In this document: in pieces, positions 8,410 through 17,811 of the stretch
Position numbering within the stretch: position 1 is the stretch's first letter
Layout: every line of letters starts with the position of its first letter
Virus record (IMG/VR): IMGVR_UViG_3300025608_000513
Location: 1-34,574 of that record
DNA length: 34,574 nucleotides
Strand: one strand, 5' to 3'
Source: a virus
Lineage: Duplodnaviria; Caudoviricetes
The notes under the pieces: generated by a model
The model's input: the letters and a program-made list of their open reading frames with translations, nothing else
What the model was told of the DNA's origin: nothing
Databases searched by the model: none
Position numbers and translations under genes: made by a program

Positions 8410-8690
8410 TAGTCTTTCCCCTCTAGTTTAGCAATGCGAGCTTCTAGCTCATCAATCTTTGAAGTTATTTTAGGATATTTTACACGCCATGCGTTTGGGT
8501 CGTTCTGTAGCCATGTCCATCCCCAACGTATTGCAAGGTATTCTAGTGTACTGTCAAACTTAGTTACGCCCCACGTTGCCATTCTTGTGTCTTTGAACCA
8601 GAACAAAAATGCTGCACCAAATAGTGAACCTGCAATACTAGTATAAATCCACAGACGATCGCCCGCCATCTGTTGTATCATTTCCCACAT
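8409..8690 (-). CDS. Single-TM membrane protein (holin/antiholin candidate)
   Basis: N-terminal TM and C-terminal coiled coil; GGAG RBS; TAATG-coupled to the next gene. Confidence 0.6.
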   Translation of the reverse strand: MWEMIQQMAGDRLWIYTSIAGSLFGAAFLFWFKDTRMATWGVTKFDSTLEYLAIRWGWTWLQNDPNAWRVKYPKITSKIDELEARIAKLEGKD

Positions 8691-8715
8691 AATAACTCCC
8701 TCTCGTTACTATATG

Positions 8716-8722
8716 TATTTAT
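8716..8722 (-). promoter_or_regulatory. Late promoter-like ATAAATA
   Basis: Overlaps the o-spanin stop, upstream of 8690. Confidence 0.45.
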
Positions 8723-9186
8723 TTAAATGGATTTAATTTATCTAGTGTAGACTCTTGTTCTTGGGATTGCTGTGCTTCTACTTCCGCAGCCGCACCTTCA
8801 ATATTACTGTTAGCAGCATCAAGTGCTTCGTTTGCGTTTTTATAGTAGTTTTCGTATGCAGCAATGATTGCTTGCTGTTGCTGTATGTATGCTCTAATGC
8901 TAGAGAAGTTCATACTGATGTTTTCGTAGCCTTCGTCAGTGAGTGCAAAGAACACAACTGGACGTCCAGTAGCTTCAATTTCAGCTACTTTCTCTTCAAA
9001 GTTTTCAGGAGTGATCAGTACCCATTCTACATTCTTCATGCGAATGCCATCTGCATCCGGAAGTACAAGTTCGGGTTTGTCTACAGGTTTAGCACTGACC
9101 TCAATCTTCTGAGGCATGCTAGAACAGCCACTAAGGAGTGCTAGGACCAGGCCAAAGCCAAGGACATTCTTTATTAAATGCTTCAC
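8719..9186 (-). CDS. Outer-membrane lipoprotein, o-spanin (Rz1-like)
   Basis: GTG start, lipobox LLSGC, Pro-rich then coiled-coil region; overlaps the i-spanin 3' end. Confidence 0.75.
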   Translation of the reverse strand: MKHLIKNVLGFGLVLALLSGCSSMPQKIEVSAKPVDKPELVLPDADGIRMKNVEWVLITPENFEEKVAEIEATGRPVVFFALTDEGYENISMNFSSIRAYIQQQQAIIAAYENYYKNANEALDAANSNIEGAAAEVEAQQSQEQESTLDKLNPFK

Positions 9187-9592
9187 CGCTTGTTGCCTCC
9201 TTTTCGTTGTCTGTTAGTTCTGCACCTGCTAATAGTTCAAAACATCTGCCTGCGTTGATTGTGCCTCTGTTTACTAGTCTTTCTACTAGTCCAGGTTTCC
9301 CTGCGCCTAGCACAGCCAAGTCGTGTTTTGCAAGTTTATCTGCTAGTACATTATTTTGCGCACGTATAGCAGCAAACTCTGTGTTAACACGACTCAACTC
9401 TGCATTTGCCTTTGCGAAATCGGCTTGCAAAGTCGAAACAGCCTCTTCACTTATAGCTACTGCTGTTTCTAACTTTGCGTTGTTTTCCGTTAGGATAGCG
9501 ATACGTTCTTGTGTATCTTGATAATACATATATCCAGCACCGCAGAGTGCTAGCATCATAAATCCCATTACTGCCGCTAGCTTCATTCCCAT
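9131..9592 (-). CDS. Inner-membrane i-spanin (Rz-like)
   Basis: Start moved to MGMKLAAV; N-terminal TM, long coiled coil, two C-terminal Cys; directly follows the endolysin. Confidence 0.75.
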   Translation of the reverse strand: MGMKLAAVMGFMMLALCGAGYMYYQDTQERIAILTENNAKLETAVAISEEAVSTLQADFAKANAELSRVNTEFAAIRAQNNVLADKLAKHDLAVLGAGKPGLVERLVNRGTINAGRCFELLAGAELTDNEKEATSGEAFNKECPWLWPGPSTP

Positions 9593-9593
9593 C

Positions 9594-10469
9594 TTAGTCT
9601 TCCAATAGTTTCGCAAATGTAGCTGGACCTGCAATACCGTCTGCTGTGAGACCGTTTGCTGCCTGCCATTCCTTTAACGCACGTTCTGTGCCAGGTCCAA
9701 AGACGCCGTCTGCACCAATACCTAGTGCTTCTTGCATGATCTTTACACCGTCGCCACGTGAACCTTTGCGTAGTACACCAATGTCATCGATGATATCTTC
9801 TACACTGTCATCGTCTTCGCCTAAGTCTTCTGCACTCATGCCTAGCACTTGCATAGCATGCTTGTAACGCTTCTGACGATCTTCTAGTCCAATGTTACCA
9901 CCGTTGATCTTTTTAGTCATTTTTACAACATTGTCTGTGTCTGCAATGCTGTTTAGATTGTTTGTGTCCCAGAACCAGCAAGCTGACTCAATAGCACCTG
10001 CTGGTGTTGCAACATATTCTGCTGCTTCTTCTGCTGTCATGCCTACACTCTTACCAAATGCAGTATAGTTGTGACGTCCAGTAAGTTGCTTCAACCCACG
10101 ACCACGGAATCTCCAACCATCGCCTTCTTCTACGTTGCCCATTTTGTATTTACGGAACTCGTCCATGTATACATAGTTTGCAATCATTTCTGGCTTGCGA
10201 TGATACTCGTCTGCATCACGCTTTGGTGCTGGACCAAAGTAACGTCCAAACACTGCACGAAGTGCTTTTGCACTATAGTTTAGATTTTCTTCTAGCTTTT
10301 TAAAGCCGCCTGATTCGTGAGCGCACTGGCTTAGGAAGTGTGCTACTCTACGTTCTGTAGTAATACCGTATTTTGGTAGTAGTTCGCATAGTGCATCATA
10401 CCAATCGTCTGCATCGGCACTAATAATCTCGGCGAGATGTTCTTTTGTAAAGTCGAACTCAAAGCTCAT
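9594..10469 (-). CDS. Endolysin: GH19 (chitinase/lysozyme-like) domain plus C-terminal PG_binding_1 domain
   Basis: FLSQCAHESG, ENLNYS, FRGRGLKQLTG, TKKING; C-terminal DGVFGPGT/DGIAGPAT repeats. Confidence 0.9.
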   Translation of the reverse strand: MSFEFDFTKEHLAEIISADADDWYDALCELLPKYGITTERRVAHFLSQCAHESGGFKKLEENLNYSAKALRAVFGRYFGPAPKRDADEYHRKPEMIANYVYMDEFRKYKMGNVEEGDGWRFRGRGLKQLTGRHNYTAFGKSVGMTAEEAAEYVATPAGAIESACWFWDTNNLNSIADTDNVVKMTKKINGGNIGLEDRQKRYKHAMQVLGMSAEDLGEDDDSVEDIIDDIGVLRKGSRGDGVKIMQEALGIGADGVFGPGTERALKEWQAANGLTADGIAGPATFAKLLED

Positions 10470-10617
10470 TTTTTGTATCCTTTTGTTTTATGCATTTTTC
10501 GCATCTGCAATTTTTGCAGACTACAACTTCATTTATACCTAATTCGCTAGCATTTACTTTCATTGTGGCATCAACACCGCAGTGCGATTCTCTGCCACAA
10601 TTATTGCAATAGGTCAT
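10459..10617 (-). CDS. Small Cys-rich (Zn-binding?) protein, 52 aa
   Basis: Manual translation MTYCNNCGRESHCG...CKNCRCEKC...; ATGA-coupled to the upstream gene. Confidence 0.7.
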   Translation of the reverse strand: MTYCNNCGRESHCGVDATMKVNASELGINEVVVCKNCRCEKCIKQKDTKNEL

Positions 10618-10775
10618 TCCTCTGAGTCTGAGTCTGAAGGTGCTTTGCCGTCGAAAAACACAGTTCCGCAGTCTTTGCAGTGTTTTGTTTCTTTAACACC
10701 TACAGTACTGTTAAAAACTTTTTTAGTTCCGACATTTGCGTGATCACATTCTTCTGCATCGTATTTGTACTGCAT
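10614..10775 (-). CDS. Small Zn-ribbon protein, 53 aa
   Basis: Manual translation MQYKYDAEECDH...HCKDCG...; strong AAGGAG RBS. Confidence 0.7.
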   Translation of the reverse strand: MQYKYDAEECDHANVGTKKVFNSTVGVKETKHCKDCGTVFFDGKAPSDSDSEE

Positions 10776-10787
10776 AACAGATTCTCC

Positions 10788-11501
10788 TTATATTTTTTTA
10801 ATTACTAATGCCTTATCTTCATTTTCAAAGATAAAGTCTTGCCCGTATTTGGAAATATTATAGTCTCCAACATATTTACTTAAAAATATTACTTCTGCAA
10901 AATCATTAAAATTTAGAGATTCAGTAATATTACTATAAACCGTATCTCTATCTCCAAAATCTTTCATTTGGAATCTTAATGGCTGTGCATATTTCTTTTT
11001 GATTGTTAATACATCATCTAACATATCAACGCTTTCTACATAACTTCTATTAAAGAAATTTTTGTAGTTTTCAATGTTTGACTCTGATACAATTTGTGAA
11101 TATGCTTCAGCATCAACTGGAATAGTTTCTTCTAAGTTTTCAGCAGTTGCGTCCATTCCTTTGAAGTTTTTATAATATCTAAACCTTAGTTTTTCTAAGT
11201 CTGCTAGTTTCTGTACGCCATCTGCAAGCTCGACAATTTGCATTGGAACTTCTTTGGTTCTTTCTAGCTCTACAAATACTTTGTAAGTGCCGTCGCTTTG
11301 TTCGCCAGCTGTAGCATCAGCGTCTAATACAAATGGATAGCCTTTTTCTAAAAAACTTACTAGATCTTTTGCAGCATTATTTTCTTTAACACTAAAACTA
11401 AGAACTACAATATCTTTGTCCTCGCCCATTTTGCTTTTAAAGCTGTCTACTTCAAAAACTTCATAAACAAGATGTCTTAGATCTCCTGCGTTAAGCGCCA
11501 T
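10788..11501 (-). CDS. Hypothetical protein
   Basis: Start moved to MALNAGD, with a GGAGG RBS. Confidence 0.75.
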   Translation of the reverse strand: MALNAGDLRHLVYEVFEVDSFKSKMGEDKDIVVLSFSVKENNAAKDLVSFLEKGYPFVLDADATAGEQSDGTYKVFVELERTKEVPMQIVELADGVQKLADLEKLRFRYYKNFKGMDATAENLEETIPVDAEAYSQIVSESNIENYKNFFNRSYVESVDMLDDVLTIKKKYAQPLRFQMKDFGDRDTVYSNITESLNFNDFAEVIFLSKYVGDYNISKYGQDFIFENEDKALVIKKI

Positions 11502-11502
11502 A

Positions 11503-12021
11503 TTATACGCCTCCTTCAACTGCTTGATCAGCAGCAACTTCTGCAGGCTGTACTTCTGGAGTTACAGGCTCTTGTGTAGCAGCGTCAGTTTGTGTTGTAA
11601 GTTGTTCTGCATAACCACCATAAATGTCAGCAATTAATTTTTTAGGCATCATAATTTCTACAACCCAAATTGGTTTGCGATCTAGTTTACCCTTTTTAGT
11701 GCCTGGTCTGTAATCGCCCGGTGCTTCAATTTTTCTAGGCTCTAGAATATGGTCTTTACCATAACGCACTTTACAGTCGTAATCTAATAACCTCTTGCCA
11801 CCCATTGGATCTGGCATTTTGTCTTCGGGCCACATAAACGATGCTGTTACCCAGTGGCGATCGATGTCAGGACCGGCAACTAGTTCGCCTTCGTCCCAGT
11901 TAGCATACACGTATAGATCCAAATCGTCAAGCACTCTTTCAAAGTCTTTGAGGACCTGGAAAGCAGTATCGCTTTCATAAATGTTTTGAAGATTTTCAAT
12001 TACGTCTAAAATGTCTTTCAT
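11503..12021 (-). CDS. Hypothetical protein
   Basis: Start MKDILD; TAAATA motif upstream at 12049-12054. Confidence 0.75.
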   Translation of the reverse strand: MKDILDVIENLQNIYESDTAFQVLKDFERVLDDLDLYVYANWDEGELVAGPDIDRHWVTASFMWPEDKMPDPMGGKRLLDYDCKVRYGKDHILEPRKIEAPGDYRPGTKKGKLDRKPIWVVEIMMPKKLIADIYGGYAEQLTTQTDAATQEPVTPEVQPAEVAADQAVEGGV

Positions 12022-12048
12022 TATTATAGGCACCTTTTTTACTATTAG

Positions 12049-12102
12049 TATTTAGCTCATTTTATATCTTTGCACTTAATTGTTTGACTGTGCTTATAAA
12101 TA
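12049..12102. promoter_or_regulatory. Divergent late promoter pair
   Basis: TAAATA on minus (12054-12049) and a perfect TATAAATA on plus (12095-12102) upstream of phoH. Confidence 0.6.
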
Positions 12103-12155
12103 GTTTTGTAGGACATGTCGTTCTACCATAGCTATATCCATAAAAGGAGAACTGA

Positions 12156-12884
12156 ATGGGTGCAAAGCGAGCTCGCAAGAGCAACAAAAATCAAAACAAC
12201 TACAACAATGTTGTACAAATGGACAACTACACAGCGCAAAAAAAGAACGAAGTTAAAATAGTTCCAAGAAACAGAAATCAAGAAAGTTATACCTTAAAAT
12301 TATTAGATCGCAAAAAAGATATCGTATTCGGTATTGGTCCTGCGGGTACGGGTAAAACTTTGATTGCTGTTATGGCTGCTGTTAAAGCTTTTAAAGAAGG
12401 CGACGTGGACAAAATTGTTGTTACTCGTCCAGCAGTGTCAGCTGATGAAGATCTAGGATTTTTACCAGGTACACTAGAGCAAAAAATGGCTCCATGGACA
12501 CGACCAATCTTTGATGTACTAAGAGAGTACTTCAACGCTAGAGAAATCGAAGGGATGATAGAAGAAGGTATTATTGAAATTGCTCCATTAGCATATATGC
12601 GTGGTCGTACTTTTAAGCGTTCGTTTATTATTGCAGACGAAATGCAAAACGCAACACCAAACCAAATGAAAATGTTATTAACACGTTTAGGCGAAGAGTC
12701 TAAGATGTGTGTAACGGGTGACCTAGCACAAGCCGATAGGCTTAAAAACAATGGTCTTATTGATTTTGTTAGATTGCTAGAAGATAGCAATGCTTCACAC
12801 ATTGACATAGTCAACTTCGGACAAGGAGATATTGAGCGACACAATGCAGTTAAAGAAGTACTTCAAGTATATGGAGATGAATAA
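12156..12884 (+). CDS. phoH: PhoH-family ATPase
   Basis: GPAGTGKT, LGFLPG, YMRGRT, DEMQN, GDLAQ.D; AAGGAG RBS. Confidence 0.93.
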   Translation: MGAKRARKSNKNQNNYNNVVQMDNYTAQKKNEVKIVPRNRNQESYTLKLLDRKKDIVFGIGPAGTGKTLIAVMAAVKAFKEGDVDKIVVTRPAVSADEDLGFLPGTLEQKMAPWTRPIFDVLREYFNAREIEGMIEEGIIEIAPLAYMRGRTFKRSFIIADEMQNATPNQMKMLLTRLGEESKMCVTGDLAQADRLKNNGLIDFVRLLEDSNASHIDIVNFGQGDIERHNAVKEVLQVYGDE

Positions 12885-13373
12885 CTAGACTTTAACTACG
12901 TTAATACCAGACTTATTTAAAAAGTCAATGCCCTGTGTGCTACGATAGCTTTCATCGTAGTACACAGTGGTTATTCCGCTTTGATAGATTAGTTTAGCAC
13001 AGTCAATGCAAGGGCTGTGTGTAATAAAAATACTTGCACCATCTCCACTCTCAGGAGACTTTGCTAGTTTAGCGATTGCGTTAGACTCGGCGTGTAGTAC
13101 TTCTGGCTTTGATTTTAGTTTTACGTACTGATTATTTTTATAATCCCACCCGTTTTCCTTTAGCATTTTATAATCGTGCCAAGGATTGTCTTCCATAGTT
13201 TCAACTACATCTTCGCAACAGTTATCCCACCCACTAGGCATACCATTATATCCAATACTGATAATGCGATCATCCTTGACAACAATCGCCCCTACTTGTA
13301 GACGAGTCGCTGTACTGAGGTTAGCAAAAGTTTTGGCTACCTCCATATATGCATCGATAAACTTTTGTTTCAT
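12885..13373 (-). CDS. dCMP deaminase
   Basis: GYNG, HAESNAI and PCIDC zinc motifs; start moved to MKQKF (ATGA overlap). Confidence 0.9.
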   Translation of the reverse strand: MKQKFIDAYMEVAKTFANLSTATRLQVGAIVVKDDRIISIGYNGMPSGWDNCCEDVVETMEDNPWHDYKMLKENGWDYKNNQYVKLKSKPEVLHAESNAIAKLAKSPESGDGASIFITHSPCIDCAKLIYQSGITTVYYDESYRSTQGIDFLNKSGINVVKV

Positions 13374-13594
13374 TTTAATATCTCTATTAGAAATTCGTTC
13401 TTTGTGTATATGTACTGCCAAGTAAGCCCGTGGATAGGAGGTTTACCATTGTTGTCGTAAAACGTGTACCTAATGTAATAGTGTGTTAACCACACACGTT
13501 TCTTGCTACCAGTTACTACAGGCAACCATGCAAACTTACGTTCATACTTGTGTTGATCAGGAAGTTTGCTACCGTAGTAACCATGTCCCATCAT
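13370..13594 (-). CDS. Hypothetical protein
   Basis: 74 aa, FAWLPV...VWL motif; coupled at both ends. Confidence 0.7.
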   Translation of the reverse strand: MMGHGYYGSKLPDQHKYERKFAWLPVVTGSKKRVWLTHYYIRYTFYDNNGKPPIHGLTWQYIYTKNEFLIEILK

Positions 13595-14451
13595 ACGGCC
13601 ATCGGCGCTTTAATACTAAGCATAGGATCATAGTCTAAGAGCGTATATGCGCTGGTCTTAGTAGCCAGTAAATCGTCGAGGGTAGCAAACTTGGGCATTA
13701 ACAATGTAGGGCCTTTACGCGGTTGTCGAGTAAGTTGCTCTTTAACTTGTTCAAAGTGATTTTGATAGATGTGGCAATCGCCGCCGGTCCAAATAAACTC
13801 GCCTAACTTTAATCCGCAGATTTGTGCCAACATGTGCGTAAGTAATGCATAGCTTGCAATGTTAAACGGAACACCTAAGAACATATCTGCACTACGCTGA
13901 TACAGTTGACAACTTAGTTTTCCGTTGATAACTTTAAACTGTGCCATTGTATGACAAGGCGGCAGAGCCATCATTTCAAGTTCATTCGGGTTCCATGCTG
14001 ATAGAATAATGCGACGACTGTCAGGATCATTTTTAAGTTGATGAATAATCACACGGAGTTGATCAAATCCTTCTCTATTAAAGTCGCGCCATTGACTGCC
14101 GTATACAGGGCCTAGTTCTTTGTATAAGTCATCATTGCGATATCCTAGTGCAACACCTTGAGCATCAGCGTTAGCTGTCCAGATAGTTTTCTTGTCTGTA
14201 ATCTCTTCACGTGGCTTTTCAAATGTAAGTTCAGCAAGTCTACGCTCGTCAGTGCTTCCTTCAAGAAACCATAGTAGTTCACCTACTACACTACGCCAAG
14301 CAAGTTTCTTTGTAGTAACAGCAGGAAACTCTTTCTGTAGATTAAACCGCATTTGATAACCAAACACTGTACGTGTACCTACGCCAGTACGGTCGCTTAC
14401 ATCTTCTCCGTTATCTAAAATGTATTGTAAGGCATTAAGATACTGTTTCAT
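13591..14451 (-). CDS. thyA: Thymidylate synthase
   Basis: [36 protein letters not shown]; TAATG coupling with folA. Confidence 0.95.
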   Translation of the reverse strand: MKQYLNALQYILDNGEDVSDRTGVGTRTVFGYQMRFNLQKEFPAVTTKKLAWRSVVGELLWFLEGSTDERRLAELTFEKPREEITDKKTIWTANADAQGVALGYRNDDLYKELGPVYGSQWRDFNREGFDQLRVIIHQLKNDPDSRRIILSAWNPNELEMMALPPCHTMAQFKVINGKLSCQLYQRSADMFLGVPFNIASYALLTHMLAQICGLKLGEFIWTGGDCHIYQNHFEQVKEQLTRQPRKGPTLLMPKFATLDDLLATKTSAYTLLDYDPMLSIKAPMAV

Positions 14452-14933
14452 TATTTCTTCCAAATTTGAAATGTTACTTCAGGATGCTCTTCTTCGTGTG
14501 TTAAAAAGAACTTCTCCTCAATAGCTTCTAGTGGTAAGTATGCATCGCACTCAAACTCACCAGGAATACGACTGATATAAAACTCGTCGATAATATCTAG
14601 TGTCTGTTCAATAATCTTGGGACCTCCGATGATCCAAGTGATCAAGCTGCTATACTTTTGTTCGACACTGCGTATACCTTCAACTACATCACCGTTGATA
14701 AAATCATCTGCTAGTGGACAGTTTTCAGGCTTGCTGGTCACAACAACGTTCTTGCGTTTAGGCATCGGCTTAGGCATATCCGGGTCAAGATATGTTGCAC
14801 TGCCCATTACTACTACGTGTCCTAGAGTGTTTTCTTTAAACCACTGAAAATCTCGCTTGACGTGCGGCCACGGCAGTGTGCCTTTATTGCCTACTCCGCC
14901 ATTTTCGTCACATGCTAAAATTGCTTTAATCAT
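14451..14933 (-). CDS. folA: Dihydrofolate reductase
   Basis: GTLPW, FKENT..HVVVMG, WIIGG; adjacent to thyA. Confidence 0.9.
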   Translation of the reverse strand: MIKAILACDENGGVGNKGTLPWPHVKRDFQWFKENTLGHVVVMGSATYLDPDMPKPMPKRKNVVVTSKPENCPLADDFINGDVVEGIRSVEQKYSSLITWIIGGPKIIEQTLDIIDEFYISRIPGEFECDAYLPLEAIEEKFFLTHEEEHPEVTFQIWKK

Positions 14934-16424
14934 CTAGTCTAATTCCAGTTCGCTTGGGTCCATACTCATATTTAAATAACGTGCATAATTTTGAATAGCT
15001 TCAGTATGAGACACCGTTGCATTTTTTTCAGCGGCAGTGTTTATATGTAGTTGCCAGTTGTCTAAAATCTGTTTGGCAGTTTCACTTGAGATACTTTTAG
15101 TTGCACTAATTTCTGATTCTATTTGTAATAACCAGCACAACCAATTTGCACCACCAAAGAAATGTCCTTTACCTTCGTTAGGCAACCGCTCTCCATTTTT
15201 AATTAATTCTTTGTACCATTTGTGTGTTTTGCTCATTACATGAGTTTCTCTTACCCAGTTCCAAAACGGTGTATCAAAATCACTGTAAGCATAATGCATA
15301 TTAATAAAGTCAATAGTGTCTTCGTATACAGCTGACATAATAGCATTGTACATGTTAATATCAGCATCTGTAAAGTATTTTTGACGGATACGCATTGCTA
15401 ATAAATAAATTCCAGTTGTAATAGTAGCAAGGCCTGTACTTTCTAATGGCTCAATAAATCCAGCACTTAGTCCAATAGCACAAACATTGCCGCTCCATTG
15501 ATTACGATTGTAGTATGGAGTCCAATCAATGACTTTTAAATTATCAGGAGTAATTCGATTATCCCAATATTCACAAAAATACTTTTTAGCATCTTCAGGA
15601 TCTGTAATACTGCGATTAAAAACAAGTCCGCTGCCAATTCGTGTTTGTACAGGAATATTCCAAACCCATCCGTGATCCACTGCTTCACTAACAACATACG
15701 GCTGACGTTCTGCTTCGCTGTCGTTATACGGAACATGTCCTGCTACTGCTGTATCGCAAAACAATCTACCTGTTAAATCTACACGATCTGGATTACTTTG
15801 TAGCAACTGTTTAAATCCAGTACAATCAATAAACAAGTCACCTGATATTACTTGTCCATTTTTTAATTCTACAGAAAGTATATTGTCGTCGTCAGAACGA
15901 ATAACCTCAACAACTTCGCTTTTAATAATAGTAATATGTTCTTCTAAACGCTTCTGTAACCATTGAACAAGTTTACTAGCATCAACATGACTAGCATAAA
16001 AGTTTAAATTTTCTGTATCAACATTATTTTCTAAACTTAAATCCCAAAACGCACCGAGGCTTTGAAAATCACGATCTTGATGATGTGTCCATGCTTCGTA
16101 TACTGAACTGTCTAGATCTCGATATTCTTTGTTTAAGAGGAACGGATGCCAAACCATATTATCTTTTTTGCCCCAGTTAGGAAAAAGAATACCTGACTTA
16201 AACGTACTGTCGATTTCGTCAAACCATTCGTCTGTATTATATCCGCATCTTTTGAGAAACTTATCAAAATGTAATAGTGTTCCTTCGCCGACGCCTACAG
16301 ACGCTCCAACTTCTTTATCGATTAGTGTTACTTTAACATCTAAGTTTCTAGCAAGAAACGCTGCACTAAACCATGCACTTGTTCCGCCGCCTACAATTAC
16401 AATATCATTAACTTCTTTAAACAT
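14934..16424 (-). CDS. Tryptophan halogenase-like flavin-dependent enzyme
   Basis: GGGTSAW, VGEGT, FKSGI (catalytic Lys position), WVWNIP (WxWxIP), FIEPLESTG. Confidence 0.85.
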   Translation of the reverse strand: MFKEVNDIVIVGGGTSAWFSAAFLARNLDVKVTLIDKEVGASVGVGEGTLLHFDKFLKRCGYNTDEWFDEIDSTFKSGILFPNWGKKDNMVWHPFLLNKEYRDLDSSVYEAWTHHQDRDFQSLGAFWDLSLENNVDTENLNFYASHVDASKLVQWLQKRLEEHITIIKSEVVEVIRSDDDNILSVELKNGQVISGDLFIDCTGFKQLLQSNPDRVDLTGRLFCDTAVAGHVPYNDSEAERQPYVVSEAVDHGWVWNIPVQTRIGSGLVFNRSITDPEDAKKYFCEYWDNRITPDNLKVIDWTPYYNRNQWSGNVCAIGLSAGFIEPLESTGLATITTGIYLLAMRIRQKYFTDADINMYNAIMSAVYEDTIDFINMHYAYSDFDTPFWNWVRETHVMSKTHKWYKELIKNGERLPNEGKGHFFGGANWLCWLLQIESEISATKSISSETAKQILDNWQLHINTAAEKNATVSHTEAIQNYARYLNMSMDPSELELD

Positions 16425-16744
16425 TAACCAGTCCTTAAAATAATATGTACACCGAATGGTGTTACTACAGGTGGACCAATTTGCCCAACGTGTAGTGCTT
16501 TTACTGCTTGACTAAATTCCGCAACCATATCTAATTCATCAAACTCGCCTAGATCTCCTAGACTAGATTTTCCACTAGGACATGCACTGTTTTCATATGC
16601 TGCCTTATCCCAGTCAATGTCGCCTCGTTCTAATTGTTTAATTAGTGCTTCAGCATCTTGAAATGCCACACCTAGAGGACGGGTGTGAGTACTCATTTCT
16701 GCTTCGTCATAGCTTAGTAAGATATGCTTTGCTTTTAATTTCAT
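16424..16744 (-). CDS. ppiC: Parvulin-type peptidyl-prolyl isomerase
   Basis: KHILL, S.CPSG, GDLGEF, MVAEF, TPFGVHII. Confidence 0.88.
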   Translation of the reverse strand: MKLKAKHILLSYDEAEMSTHTRPLGVAFQDAEALIKQLERGDIDWDKAAYENSACPSGKSSLGDLGEFDELDMVAEFSQAVKALHVGQIGPPVVTPFGVHIILRTG

Positions 16745-16745
16745 T

Positions 16746-17375
16746 TTATTTTCCTAGTATTGGGTGATCAAATATGGTCAAATTAATTGCCACTGTACAT
16801 CTTAATTTATCACTTTTTTGCTTTTGCACATAGTGATTCAGATACGGTGGGAACCATATCATTTCGCCTTCGTCTGCTTTTAGTGCAACATCTAAGTCGT
16901 CACAGTAAGGCGGCAAATCTGCTTTATTCATAGTAGGCCACAAACTGCGTAGCATCGATGCTTGCGGGTGTGTAAAGTTAGTTGTTTGATGTTCTGGATC
17001 TAGTACAGCATAGTGAATGCCGCTCCACATAATCTGTAAAGGGCCTCCCACATGATCATGCATGTGTTGATATCCTCCTTTACGACTAAAGTTATACCAA
17101 CTATCAACATTAACATGCCAATGAGCAGTATCAGGAAATTCCATGTCTGTCATCAGTTCTCTAATGTTAGGTTCGTATAAATGATTGATACGTTCTTGAC
17201 TTAAAGCATTTGTTTTATCTTGATAGTCTGTATAAACTTCAGTGCCGATTAGATTAGGAGTTGCTACATCGTCTCCAGGGTATACCTCTTCCATGAGGTA
17301 TTTTTTAATTTCGTCGTGATTGTGTACACGCTGTTTAATTACTGGTACTTGGAATAATCCATAAACCTGTCCCAT
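16746..17375 (-). CDS. 2OG-Fe(II) oxygenase (phage type)
   Basis: WYN...HMHDH, SGIHY, FPPYLNHYV, RCTVAIN. Confidence 0.8.
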   Translation of the reverse strand: MGQVYGLFQVPVIKQRVHNHDEIKKYLMEEVYPGDDVATPNLIGTEVYTDYQDKTNALSQERINHLYEPNIRELMTDMEFPDTAHWHVNVDSWYNFSRKGGYQHMHDHVGGPLQIMWSGIHYAVLDPEHQTTNFTHPQASMLRSLWPTMNKADLPPYCDDLDVALKADEGEMIWFPPYLNHYVQKQKSDKLRCTVAINLTIFDHPILGK

Positions 17376-17716
17376 TAATCACCTTCGCCCGGCGCCTCTG
17401 AAAAGTACTGCTCAAACTTGTTAGGTACACCGTCATATTTTTCTGCTTCGGGCATTGCATCTTTTTTCTTTGTAATAACAGGCCACTCATTAGCATATTT
17501 CATATTAATAAGTTCCCATTTGTCTGCGTCATCAATTGCATTTTCAGGCACAATAGCATCTACAGGACATTCGGGTTCACATACACCGCAGTCAATACAT
17601 TCGTCTGGATTGATAACAAGAAAGTTCTCACCTTCGTAAAAACAATCTACAGGACATACTTCAACACAGTCTGTATGCTTGCACATTACACAATTATCAG
17701 TTACTAGATATGTCAT
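17375..17716 (-). CDS. fdxA: 7Fe ferredoxin (FdxA type)
   Basis: [31 protein letters not shown]; start at MTYLV by ATGA overlap. Confidence 0.92.
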   Translation of the reverse strand: MTYLVTDNCVMCKHTDCVEVCPVDCFYEGENFLVINPDECIDCGVCEPECPVDAIVPENAIDDADKWELINMKYANEWPVITKKKDAMPEAEKYDGVPNKFEQYFSEAPGEGD

Positions 17717-17811
17717 TGGCAAAGGTCCTCGTACATAGTAGTATATTGTCGATGTTTACTCATATCAGTTTTGAATAATGGAATAAACCCGAATAGTCTT
17801 TTAAAAATCAT
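17713..17811 (-). CDS. Putative 32-aa peptide
   Basis: [32 protein letters not shown] fills the gap exactly: abuts the clamp-loader stop and overlaps the fdxA start (ATGA). Confidence 0.55.
   Translation of the reverse strand: MIFKRLFGFIPLFKTDMSKHRQYTTMYEDLCQ

Noticed and set aside
12084-12112. Sigma70 promoter for phoH (TTGACT at 12084-12089)
   Set aside because: No acceptable -10 box at 16-18 bp spacing.
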